Numbered from the stretch's first letter, positions 49,544-59,024 are shown. The stretch is DNA of 64,000 nucleotides from Candidatus Daviesbacteria bacterium (GCA_021731695.1 JAKFWZ010000080.1:34021-98020), one strand, 5' to 3'. Program-made: numbers and translations. The notes: generated from the letters alone by a model not told the origin.

Positions 49544-50962
49544 CTACTGTGAGCAGGTAAACGGGTGATTTAAATCATTTTTTATCATCCCTCCCCACTC
49601 AACTAGTGTAAATCCCTTACGCAAAGGAGTAATTACTTCAGGCGGAGTTGCAGTTCTTGGTTTTTCAAGTTTTTCAAAATATAAACTAAACCTGATTGAG
49701 GAGTCGGGTTTAGGAATAACTGTTAAAGGCTCGATATAATCTTTCATTTTTTGATCTACAATTCCTACGAAATAATAGGGGGAATCAGGCAAATGCTTCG
49801 TCCAATATTCTATAAAATCAGCTTCTTCTTTAGAATTTAAACCCAGCTTCGGCAAAATCTCTTTATAGAAAATAGGCAGATCTTTATATTTCAAAACCCA
49901 ACCTTTTTCAGGCTTTTTAAATGCATCATCACGAATCTTACTTTCGTAATACAAATAATCATATGTGTTAATTGATAATTGATAACTGCTAACTGTTAAC
50001 TGCCCTCCGGGCTCAGCCCAAACTGTCCAACCCTTTTCCATATCATACGGCGGATCAACATATATCAACTCCCCTTTTGGCTTAACCTTAACATTCACAA
50101 GTTGAGTGGTTTGGGGATAAAGATATACCGCGGGCTTACAATGAACGCTGAAGAATGCCCCGCCCGGATTGGTAAATTCAAACCATTCCAGCTGAAGCTG
50201 ACTACTGTCTGTACTAAATTCCTGAGGCGGAACCACAACACTGGCACCTTTACTAAAACCCTCGGCTGTCGGATAAACATCGGCTATAAATCTGGCATTC
50301 GGTGAACACTCGTAGGCCTCCGCATTATCATCATAACTCCGCGCAGGATCATCGTGGATCGATTTCATTTGGTATAAATCCGCAACCTCACCATAAGGCG
50401 GTTCACCGCTATCCGGGTTCGTTGGGTCAAAATCGACTATTATCGGAGATCCCGTATCGGTTAAGTGTTGGGCGAACAAAAAACCTTCCTTATATAAGTT
50501 ATAGACTCTATTACCCCCACCCTGATTACCATCCTCATCAAAATTATAATATCCGGCCACAGCCTGAGAGAACTCATCCCTCAAGCCAAATTCACCCCAA
50601 TCGGTGGCAAAAAGCGGTCGATATAACTTTGTTACACCATCGGGCTTTGTTATCGGCACAGAGGGAGTATTCGGAATTTGTTCCGCGTGCTCCAGAGATC
50701 TGAACATTAATTCCCGTCCCCCAATAATCACATTCTCCCTAACCAAAATATAGTCCACCGTATTTTGTCTATTCCCGGCATTCTCGGGGAATTGCACGAT
50801 AAACTCTTCACCGTAATCCGGAGCATTTCCAACAATCGGACAATCAGACTGCGTTTTTTTAGGAGGCTGGTGGTTATAAGGGTAGAGAACTGCAGAAAGA
50901 AAAATCATGAAGACTAAAATGGTTTCGGCAATATAACCATGTTGGGAAAGTTTAGGCAGCAT
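49544..50962 (-). CDS. hypothetical secreted/membrane-anchored protein (472 aa)
   Basis: N-terminal TM helix; no family recognised. Confidence 0.45.
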   Translation of the reverse strand: MLPKLSQHGYIAETILVFMIFLSAVLYPYNHQPPKKTQSDCPIVGNAPDYGEEFIVQFPENAGNRQNTVDYILVRENVIIGGRELMFRSLEHAEQIPNTPSVPITKPDGVTKLYRPLFATDWGEFGLRDEFSQAVAGYYNFDEDGNQGGGNRVYNLYKEGFLFAQHLTDTGSPIIVDFDPTNPDSGEPPYGEVADLYQMKSIHDDPARSYDDNAEAYECSPNARFIADVYPTAEGFSKGASVVVPPQEFSTDSSQLQLEWFEFTNPGGAFFSVHCKPAVYLYPQTTQLVNVKVKPKGELIYVDPPYDMEKGWTVWAEPGGQLTVSSYQLSINTYDYLYYESKIRDDAFKKPEKGWVLKYKDLPIFYKEILPKLGLNSKEEADFIEYWTKHLPDSPYYFVGIVDQKMKDYIEPLTVIPKPDSSIRFSLYFEKLEKPRTATPPEVITPLRKGFTLVEWGGMIKNDLNHPFTCSQ

Positions 50963-50996
50963 AAGTATATTTTAATATACAGTAGATACACTTGCT

Positions 50997-53174
50997 TTGC
51001 TAACCCCTAAACCTTTAATATTGAAGCTGATTATGCTTCTTAAAATTTTGAAGGCGGGTTTTATTCTCCTTTTTTGCTTAACACCATTTGTATTCACAAA
51101 ATTTAACTCCGAGCTTTTTGAGTACAACAAAATGATGCTGGTCTACTTATTAACCGTTATTACGGCGGGAACCTGGATATTAAGAATGATTTCCGAAAAA
51201 AGATTGATCTGGAAGAGGACTATCCTGGACATTCCTTTAGCTTTATTCCTAATAAGCCAACTTATCTCAACTATTATCTCAATCGATATTCACACTTCAA
51301 TTTGGGGCTATTACTCGCGCTCAAACGGCGGACTTCTTTCGGTAATTTCTTTTATTGTTTTGTATTTTGCATTCGTTTCGAATTTTGAAAGCAAAGATGT
51401 TTTGAAGTTTTTAAAAGCTTCGGTTGTAGCCGGAGCATTTGTTGCTTTATATGCAATTCCGGAACACTTCGGTGCCTCCTTTTCCTGTTTAATTTTGGAA
51501 CAAGGACTAACTGTAAGCTGCTGGGTTCAGGATGTTCAGGCAAGAGTTTTCGGAACTCTCGGCCAGCCGAATTGGTTAGCTGCATATCTCTCCATGTTAA
51601 TCTTTCCGGCAATATACTTTTTCATAACAGCCAAAACTGTTTCTAAACGTATCTCGTATTTCGTATTGCTTATTGCGTATTACCTGGCCTTCACTTTCAC
51701 CTACTCAAGAGGCGCAACTTTAGGTTTAATCGCCGGAGCGGCAGTAATGGGACTTGGCGTTTTATATTCTGGAGTAAGATCAAACGATTATAAAAACTTT
51801 AAACTTTACACCATCGTTATCATTGTTCTTTTATTTTTGAGCATGGTTTACGGAACAGCGATCAGCGAATACAGACTATTAAACGATCCTTCAGTTCCTT
51901 TGCGTCCTACACTATCAGAATCAGGCTCAAGCGGAACACAACTGGAAAATGGCGGAACTGAATCAGGAAAAATCAGGCTAATTGTATGGAACGGCGCTTT
52001 AGATATTTTTAGAGCTTTTCCAATATTTGGCTCAGGCGTTGAAACCTTTGCTTATGCTTATTATCAATTCAGACCACCCGAGCATAACATGGTTTCAGAG
52101 TGGGACTTTTTATATAACAAGGCTCATAATGAGTATCTTAATTATTTAGCCACAACAGGAGCTTTTGGGTTTTTAAGTTATATTGCGGTTATTATTGTTT
52201 TTTTGTTATGGGTTATGCGTTATGTGCTGCTCATAAAACCCAAAGAACTCATAACTCATAACTCACTACTCAAGAGCGAAAGCTCGCAAGCTCTGCTTAT
52301 AACGTCCCTTGCTGCAGGTTATATCAGCTTCTTGGTTCAAAATTTCTTCCTTTTCTCCGTAGTTACAGGCTCCTTATTTTTCTATATGTTTCCCGCAATT
52401 CTTTTCGTTTACTTTGACGAAGTCAAAGAGCTTTCGCCTAAAAATATCCTGTCCAGGTCTTTAGAAAAGCTTTTCATATTAATCAGCCGTAATAAGATCT
52501 CTTTGTGGATTGTGCGAATCTTGATTGTTCTCATTATCTTAATTTTTCTGAATAACCTTTTATCACTTTGGGAAGCTGATAAAGCGTATAAAGACGGCTC
52601 TGCGTATAATGACTATGGAAATCCCGGAAGAGCTTACAATTTTTTAATTGAAGCAGTTGGTTTAAACCCAGGTGAACCTCTATATTTAGTAGAACTTGGA
52701 AACGCAGCCGGATCATCAGCAATTGCATTAGCAGAAGAAGATGCAACAACTTCAGCTGAACTTATTGGCGATTCGGAATTTTTTACAGATTTAGGAATAT
52801 CAATCAGTCCAGTTAATACTTCAGTCCTACGAACTGCAATAAGAACTTACTTTCAATTAAGTTTACTCGACCCAAAATATAAAGATAAAACGCTCGAAAT
52901 CGTTAACCAGACAATAGAACTTGCACCAACTGATCCAAAACTTTTAGTTAATAAGGCAGTTATATTAACGCAATTCGAGCAGATTCCTGAGGCAATTGAA
53001 GCGTATAAAAAAGCTGTTGAATTAAAACCCGATTATCGGGAAGCCAGATTGCAGTTGGGGGATTTGTATGTAAAAACAAATCAGAAGGATTTGGCAAAGC
53101 AACAGGCGGATTATGTTTTGGAAAAAATTCCCAATGATCCTGATGCTTTAAAACTTCAGGAAGCGGCAAAATAA
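50997..53174 (+). CDS. polytopic membrane protein, O-antigen ligase/Wzy-like with C-terminal TPR repeats
   Basis: at least 10 TM helices, then TPR-like repeats (AIEAYKKAVELKPDYREARLQLGDLY). Confidence 0.55.
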   Translation: MLTPKPLILKLIMLLKILKAGFILLFCLTPFVFTKFNSELFEYNKMMLVYLLTVITAGTWILRMISEKRLIWKRTILDIPLALFLISQLISTIISIDIHTSIWGYYSRSNGGLLSVISFIVLYFAFVSNFESKDVLKFLKASVVAGAFVALYAIPEHFGASFSCLILEQGLTVSCWVQDVQARVFGTLGQPNWLAAYLSMLIFPAIYFFITAKTVSKRISYFVLLIAYYLAFTFTYSRGATLGLIAGAAVMGLGVLYSGVRSNDYKNFKLYTIVIIVLLFLSMVYGTAISEYRLLNDPSVPLRPTLSESGSSGTQLENGGTESGKIRLIVWNGALDIFRAFPIFGSGVETFAYAYYQFRPPEHNMVSEWDFLYNKAHNEYLNYLATTGAFGFLSYIAVIIVFLLWVMRYVLLIKPKELITHNSLLKSESSQALLITSLAAGYISFLVQNFFLFSVVTGSLFFYMFPAILFVYFDEVKELSPKNILSRSLEKLFILISRNKISLWIVRILIVLIILIFLNNLLSLWEADKAYKDGSAYNDYGNPGRAYNFLIEAVGLNPGEPLYLVELGNAAGSSAIALAEEDATTSAELIGDSEFFTDLGISISPVNTSVLRTAIRTYFQLSLLDPKYKDKTLEIVNQTIELAPTDPKLLVNKAVILTQFEQIPEAIEAYKKAVELKPDYREARLQLGDLYVKTNQKDLAKQQADYVLEKIPNDPDALKLQEAAK

Positions 53175-53177
53175 AAT

Positions 53178-53306
53178 GTCATTCCCACCGGACCATCAAA
53201 GCTGGGAGGTCGCTTGCAAAAATTGTCATTCAGAGCCCCGAAGGGGCGTGGAATCCTGATTTAAATATAATCAAGATTGCGACGTCACTTTGTTCCTCGC
53301 AATGAC
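53178..53306. repeat. Family-1 composite palindromic element
   Basis: gtcattcccaccggaccatcaaagctgggaggtcgcttgc ... gtcattcagagccccgaaggggc ... aatcaagattgcgacg ... cctcgcaatgac. Confidence 0.8.
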
Positions 53307-53315
53307 ATCAATTTT

Positions 53316-53579
53316 ATGAAATCAATATCAGCTATTCTTGATAAAACCAAGGAAACTAAAAGACCCAAGAACATCTCGCAGGAATTTCAATCATATGGAG
53401 TTTATGTAGCTGATACTTTAGGAGACTCGAAACATTATTCACTTTATATAAAACTTGCAAAAACAATGCCGAGAAAAATTTTAGACGAAGCGTTAAGTTA
53501 TGTAAAAGATTATCCAAATCCAAAATCCAAACCTAAGCTGTTTATGTGGAAAATTAAACAGTTGAAAAATCCTACCTGA
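53316..53579 (+). CDS. hypothetical protein (87 aa)
   Basis: ATG just downstream of a Family-1 element; no family recognised. Confidence 0.3.
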   Translation: MKSISAILDKTKETKRPKNISQEFQSYGVYVADTLGDSKHYSLYIKLAKTMPRKILDEALSYVKDYPNPKSKPKLFMWKIKQLKNPT

Positions 53580-53581
53580 TT

Positions 53582-54283
53582 TCATTTATCCCCTAAAAAA
53601 GTAACTGGTGCTCCGGGATAAGATTGCGAAAGCCTCACTCTTAAAGATTGAAGATTTACTAATTTACGGGGAATAAATTTACCAGTTTGAACATCATGAA
53701 CTGTAGCATCGACAAATAAACCTCCTGCTACAGACATTTCTAGCCTACTAACACTAACTTCAGTACCTTGATATTCATCTGGCACGACGATGATCGGATC
53801 CATTATTGGACATATCCTATCCCGATTAGTTGAATAAAAGATTTCCAAACTCAGATCGGCTCTATATGGATCTAACTCCGGTATATGAGGAATACCTAGG
53901 GGATTTAAAGCTATACCTCCATACCTGGAACTGACATGGGTTATCCTTGTGTCTTTAACTAATCTTAGGTCTGATGGATCAATAACCAAGACTATATCAC
54001 CCAATAATTCTGTTCCTTTGGCGTCCCTGCCTTCATACTTCCTTACTTGAATTTCAGGTGTTTCATTTATACTTCTGCCTACCGAAATTCTATGTCCTAA
54101 AGCACATAATTTATCTAGACTAGGGGAGAAAAATTCCCTACTTCTCCTATAATTAGGATCATCAGTATAAAAATGGCCTCTGTTGAACTGAATATTTCTT
54201 GGACTTGAGCTTTGTAATATTCTGCTTGCATCGGATACATATTCAGGGGTTACTTTTACCATACCAGTTTCAAATTCCGTCAT
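53582..54283 (-). CDS. hypothetical protein (233 aa)
   Basis: complete ORF, no family recognised. Confidence 0.4.
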   Translation of the reverse strand: MTEFETGMVKVTPEYVSDASRILQSSSPRNIQFNRGHFYTDDPNYRRSREFFSPSLDKLCALGHRISVGRSINETPEIQVRKYEGRDAKGTELLGDIVLVIDPSDLRLVKDTRITHVSSRYGGIALNPLGIPHIPELDPYRADLSLEIFYSTNRDRICPIMDPIIVVPDEYQGTEVSVSRLEMSVAGGLFVDATVHDVQTGKFIPRKLVNLQSLRVRLSQSYPGAPVTFLGDK

Positions 54284-54358
54284 AATGTCGGGATTATAGG
54301 ACTGATTTGAGAGTAAAGCAAGTAGTGTTTTGCGAAATAAAATGCTAAAATTTCACCC

Positions 54359-54877
54359 ATGATACTGGTAATTGCGCCCGATAATAAATTAAGGGTTCAG
54401 ACAAAGCATATAAAAAAATTCTCGCCCAAATATCAACAGACTATTAAAGATATGGTAAAGCTGACTAAAACTTTCGTTGATCCGGAAGGTGTTGGACTGG
54501 CTTCAACTCAAGTTGGTTTAGACGAGCAATATTTCGTTGCCAAAAAAGACGACGGTAAATTTAAAGCCTACTTTAATCCTAAAATATTAAAGAGTTCAAA
54601 GGTTACAAAAGTTTATACTGAAGGCTGCTTATCGATTCCAAATTATTGGGGTGAAGTTTCAAGACACTTATGGGTTGATGTTGAATATCAGGATATTAAT
54701 GGCAATAAAATTAAAGAAAGATTGAAGGGTTTAGAGGCACATATTTATCAGCATGAATGCGATCATTTAAAAGGCGTTTTATTTATGGATCATATTTTAG
54801 AGAAGAAAACTAAACTGTATAAAGTTGTCGGAAAAGATCAAACAGGAGCGGATGTTTATGAGCAAGTGCCGCTCTAG
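54359..54877 (+). CDS. def: peptide deformylase
   Basis: motifs GVGLASTQVG, EGCLSIP, QHECDHL. Confidence 0.88.
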   Translation: MILVIAPDNKLRVQTKHIKKFSPKYQQTIKDMVKLTKTFVDPEGVGLASTQVGLDEQYFVAKKDDGKFKAYFNPKILKSSKVTKVYTEGCLSIPNYWGEVSRHLWVDVEYQDINGNKIKERLKGLEAHIYQHECDHLKGVLFMDHILEKKTKLYKVVGKDQTGADVYEQVPL

Positions 54878-54993
54878 CTTCGCTAGAGAAATTTCAAGAA
54901 ACAAGTTACAAGTGTCCAATTAATGACCAAATAATAATTTTCAATTTGAATATTTGAATTTGTGATTTGTTTGTTTCTTGTTTCTTGTTTCTT

Positions 54994-55860
54994 ATGAAAA
55001 TTATATTCCTTGGCACTCCTGATTACGTTGATCCAATAATCCAAACTCTTGATGAAAACTTCGAGCTCGTCAAAGTCATTCGCTCTTCCTCCGACTCTTT
55101 CGACTCATTCGACTCTTTGCAGCCTGACCTTTTAGTTGTCGCTTCATTTGGAAAAATAATTCCTCAATCAATTCTGGAAATTCCAAAGTTCGGAGCAATA
55201 AATATTCACCCTTCACTTTTGCCTAAGTACCGCGGTCCTTCACCTCTTCAAAATCAGATTTTAGACGGAGTTACTGATTCTGCAATTTCGTTTATTTTAA
55301 TGGACAGCGAAATGGATCACGGACCGATATTAAAACAAGTGCCTTTTCAGATTTCAGAAAATGACACGTTCCAGAGTCTTTGCGAAAAAATGTTTGCCGA
55401 GTCTGCAAAATATATTTCAGAAGTTGTTCAGAGTTTAGCTGATGGCAGTATTCAAAAAACAGCGCAAAATGAAGAAGACGCAACTGTTACTAAATTAGTT
55501 GAAAAAGAAGACGGATACTTCGATATCGATAACCCTCCGGCTCCAGAAAAATTACAAAAAATGATCCGCGCATATTATCCTTGGCCAGGAACCTGGACAA
55601 AATGGAATGGGAAAATTGTGAAGTTTTTACCTAACCCCTCCGTCATCGCGAAGCGAGATCGCGAAGGCGTCATTGCGAGACCACGAAGTGGCGAAGCAAT
55701 CTCAGAAAGCGAATCCAATAAATCTATCAGCACTGGGATTGCTTCGGAGAAAGCACCTCGCAATGACGCACCTTTCTTAGTGCAAATGGAAGGGAAAAAA
55801 GCCACAGACTTTAAATCATTCCTAAACGGCTACCCTGATTTTCCTCTCAAATCTATTTGA
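54994..55860 (+). CDS. fmt: methionyl-tRNA formyltransferase with in-frame element insertions
   Basis: formyltransferase N-domain (MKIIFLGTPD, NIHPSLLPKYRG); inserts 55087-55118 and 55642-55767 encode SVIAKRDREGVIARPRSGEAISESE ... IASEKAPRNDA. Confidence 0.8.
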   Translation: MKIIFLGTPDYVDPIIQTLDENFELVKVIRSSSDSFDSFDSLQPDLLVVASFGKIIPQSILEIPKFGAINIHPSLLPKYRGPSPLQNQILDGVTDSAISFILMDSEMDHGPILKQVPFQISENDTFQSLCEKMFAESAKYISEVVQSLADGSIQKTAQNEEDATVTKLVEKEDGYFDIDNPPAPEKLQKMIRAYYPWPGTWTKWNGKIVKFLPNPSVIAKRDREGVIARPRSGEAISESESNKSISTGIASEKAPRNDAPFLVQMEGKKATDFKSFLNGYPDFPLKSI

Positions 55861-55934
55861 CTTTAATTATCAAACCGTTATAATTCTAATGTAGAATTAA
55901 TGAGTATAACTTGTTATACGAATATAATTATATT

Positions 55935-56225
55935 ATGAGTAATACTATTTTGCAGGTACCTATGAGCAAAGACTTACGTGATCAGGCAGCTTCTGCTGCT
56001 TCAAAAATGGGCTTTTCCTCCCTGCAGGAAACTGTCCGGGTTTTCTTAAGCCAGTTGGCTTCTAAAGAGGTACGGATTAATTTCGAGACAAATACTGTTA
56101 GGCTTTCTGCTAAAAATGAGAAAAGATATTCAAAAATGATTGAAGATATCGAATCAGGCAAGGCCAAAACTAAAACTTTTACTACTGTAGAGGCTCTAAT
56201 GCAGGATTTAAATAGTGAAGATTGA
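55935..56225 (+). CDS. type II antitoxin (RelB/DinJ-like)
   Basis: small acidic protein immediately upstream of and overlapping a RelE/YafQ-like toxin gene. Confidence 0.55.
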   Translation: MSNTILQVPMSKDLRDQAASAASKMGFSSLQETVRVFLSQLASKEVRINFETNTVRLSAKNEKRYSKMIEDIESGKAKTKTFTTVEALMQDLNSED

Positions 56226-56481
56226 ACGGCACCTAAGCTTTAAAAGATCCTATCAGAAAAGGATTGCTCAAAATCCGAAGCTTTCTGCTCAAACAATTCT
56301 AAGAATTAAACTTTTCTCAGAAAACCCTACCAATCCAGCCTTAAAAGACCATTCACTAAAAGGCAGAAAGTTAGGCTTAAGGGCATTTTCTGTATCCGGA
56401 GATATCAGGATTGTATACATAAAAATTTCAGAAAACCATGTACTATTTCTTGATATCGGAAGCCACAACCAGGTTTACTAA
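56215..56481 (+). CDS. type II toxin, RelE/YafQ family mRNA interferase
   Basis: C-terminal signature GDIRIVYIKISENHVLFLDIGSHNQVY. Confidence 0.7.
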   Translation: MKIERHLSFKRSYQKRIAQNPKLSAQTILRIKLFSENPTNPALKDHSLKGRKLGLRAFSVSGDIRIVYIKISENHVLFLDIGSHNQVY

Positions 56482-56555
56482 CGTCTACCCAATTTTCCTC
56501 TGAAAAATATAGTCCTATAGTTGATGTTTGGGCTTAAATTTGATACACTACAGGC

Positions 56556-57389
56556 ATGATTAGCCTAGATAGAGGTGAGTATTTTGCAGACCACTTTGGC
56601 ATGGTCACTGAACCTCATTTTCAACTTTACTCCCGATTTTTAAATAATTCAGGCCCCGAAAGAGTTGGTGCCAGACTAGCCTTTATGGAAACTCCTTTAG
56701 CTGTTACAAAATTAAAGACCTTATATCGCAAACTTTCTAATACAGTGTGGGATGAATTGGGCCAAGACGTACTGCGACCATGGCGTGAATTTAAAGGTGC
56801 CGCAATCGAAGTGCTTTTAGGAGACTTTATGACTGAAAAAGTTGCGAGAGAAGGAAAACAAATTGTGACCGGAGAAGAGTTGATTAGAGGAATCAGAAAC
56901 AGCATAATGCTGTATTCCGATGTCGAAAGGAACGGACAGCATCTTCACAGTAAGGGTAAGATTTACTCCTGTCCCGATGCCGTAGGAGTGGCAGTAATAC
57001 CAAGAGAAATGGCAATACTTTCGAGCGTATATGAATTTAAAGCAGCAGACGAACAACATGAAAGACAAATTAAACAGGCTGGTATTTTAAGAAGAGACTT
57101 AGAAGACCCCGATTTTGTAACAATTCTTAAAGAGGCCGTTGCGGAACATTTTTTAATTGATGACAGCCGTAATATGTTAGTTGAATCCAGACTAAGTGCT
57201 GAATTAGTTACCGCATCCAACAAAGCCAAAAGAGGCGAAAGACTTTCAGTCTTATATGACAAAGTACATTCACCTGAAATAAACCCTGAATTATTCAGTT
57301 TTTTTGTGCTTAAAATAATGGCCGGAGTAATTCAAAAGCCTGGATTTACATGGGACAATCTTTTTATACCTGTAAAGTCGAAGAAGTAG
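56556..57389 (+). CDS. hypothetical protein (277 aa)
   Basis: complete ORF, no family recognised. Confidence 0.4.
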   Translation: MISLDRGEYFADHFGMVTEPHFQLYSRFLNNSGPERVGARLAFMETPLAVTKLKTLYRKLSNTVWDELGQDVLRPWREFKGAAIEVLLGDFMTEKVAREGKQIVTGEELIRGIRNSIMLYSDVERNGQHLHSKGKIYSCPDAVGVAVIPREMAILSSVYEFKAADEQHERQIKQAGILRRDLEDPDFVTILKEAVAEHFLIDDSRNMLVESRLSAELVTASNKAKRGERLSVLYDKVHSPEINPELFSFFVLKIMAGVIQKPGFTWDNLFIPVKSKK

Positions 57390-57398
57390 AAAATTAGC

Positions 57399-57647
57399 TT
57401 AAACGGAAGCTGGTGCAGGGGTTGCAATAGTTTTTACTTCAATAGCTTTTGGAGTCCACTTTGGCTTAACCATTCTTAAACATTTTGTGCAATACATATT
57501 ACCCTGATATTTATGCAGATTTGGTTTTTGAAGTTTTTTAACAATTTGCGCACGTAAGGGCCACTCGGAAGCGCCTGAAGAGCCCTTCTGGTGTCTTGAC
57601 CAGGTTCTTATATGTGTTTTTTTACTACAAAGTGCACAACTAGACAT
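57399..57647 (-). CDS. rpmB: 50S ribosomal protein L28-like (with internal insertion)
   Basis: CxxC ... KKLQKPNLHKYQ ... CTKC pattern resembling L28 (KRRFLPNL); about 12-aa extra segment. Confidence 0.5.
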   Translation of the reverse strand: MSSCALCSKKTHIRTWSRHQKGSSGASEWPLRAQIVKKLQKPNLHKYQGNMYCTKCLRMVKPKWTPKAIEVKTIATPAPASV

Positions 57648-57731
57648 AATTTTTAACTCCTGCAAACAAGAATACTAAATGTATTTTTAATCTGCATTGC
57701 GGTAGAATACCATTTATTAGTAGCAATTTCA

Positions 57732-58370
57732 ATGGAAGCACAAGTACTGGCGCTCGCTATAGTCATATTAGTTTTCTCGGTCATCGTTCATGAAGTTATG
57801 CATGGATACGTGGCTTTAATGTTCGGCGATCATACTGCCGAAAGAGCTGGCAGATTAACCTTAAATCCAATTCCGCATATTGATCCAATCGGCACAATTT
57901 TAGTCCCCGGACTTTTAATCGTTACCAGTTTGATTACCGGAGGAGCCGGATTTTTAATTGGCTGGGCAAAACCTGTACCTGTAAATCCTTTGAACTTTCA
58001 TGATCTTAGACGTGGAGAAATCATGGTTTCTTTAGCAGGCGTTGGCGCAAATTTTGTTTTAGCCTTACTATTCGCAGTTCTGTATCATATCAGCGGAGCC
58101 TTTTTCCCAAACAGGCTTTTAATACTGGTTTTTGAATTTGCAGTCCAAATTAATTTAGTCTTAGCAGTTTTTAACCTTTTACCGGTTCCTCCTTTGGACG
58201 GCTCGAAAGTTTTAATCGCATTGTTACCATACCAAGCCGCCAAAGCTTTTGAGCAAATTTCATTTCAGTATGGTCTTTTTATCCTTTTGATTCTTTTATA
58301 CTTTAATATCATCGGATTTATCTTTGATTTAGTTATTCCACCTTTAATGCAAATTCTCCAGGTTGGTTGA
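57732..58370 (+). CDS. site-2 protease family (M50) membrane metalloprotease, short form
   Basis: HEVMH HExxH in TM1, multiple TM helices, LDG motif. Confidence 0.75.
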   Translation: MEAQVLALAIVILVFSVIVHEVMHGYVALMFGDHTAERAGRLTLNPIPHIDPIGTILVPGLLIVTSLITGGAGFLIGWAKPVPVNPLNFHDLRRGEIMVSLAGVGANFVLALLFAVLYHISGAFFPNRLLILVFEFAVQINLVLAVFNLLPVPPLDGSKVLIALLPYQAAKAFEQISFQYGLFILLILLYFNIIGFIFDLVIPPLMQILQVG

Positions 58371-58855
58371 CCACATTCAGATGACGTTAACGCGTTTGAT
58401 TTTAGCCTCAAAATAGCATGATTAATCCAGTGCCAAAAGCCTTTCTGTAGTTTGACACTTTTCTCTAAAGTTGTTAGTCTTTAGGTGTTTCCGAAAGGAA
58501 ACAAAGATGGCTAAAAGCCGCCCAAAGGGGCACTTGCCTACTTAGCACGTTTGAAATCTTAAGTTGCATTTTTCTCCACATATTGCAACCTGATAAGGGA
58601 ATACCTTTTAAAAAGAGGTTTTGCTCAAGTTTTCAGGATCTTTGGATCGTGAGGCAGAGCTCCCGTCTTAAAATTTATCGGGGGAAAACGCTTAAGACAC
58701 GGCCGAGTAGGCAGAAATTATCTTTATAAAAGGTAAACAAATTTAAATATGGAAGATTAGTTAAACCAGTTGCTGAAAAGTAGCTGGTTTTTTATACCCT
58801 GAGCTCGTGGTGGATTTTTCAAGCCTGTTAGTTTAAAATTTAACTTCAGTCTTAA

Positions 58856-58929
58856 GCCGATGTAGCTCAGTTGGTTAGAGCGCCACTTTTGTAAAGTGGA
58901 TGTCACGGGTTCGAATCCTGTCATCGGCT
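58856..58929 (+). tRNA. tRNA-Thr (anticodon TGT)
   Basis: cloverleaf: acceptor gccgatg/catcggc, D-arm gctcagttggttagagc, anticodon loop tttgtaa, T-arm ggttcgaatcc; 74 nt. Confidence 0.85.
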
Positions 58930-58991
58930 CCTTACGACAATCTAATCTATATATAAAAACATTTCATCTATAGAGACATTTTTCTGCTATT

Positions 58992-59007
58992 GCAAGATTT
59001 TGTATCA
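58992..59007 (+). repeat. 16-bp direct repeat GCAAGATTTTGTATCA (left copy) flanking the Cas2-like cassette
   Basis: exact second copy at 59609-59624. Confidence 0.7.
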
Positions 59008-59024
59008 AGTAATATTCTGTTCTC

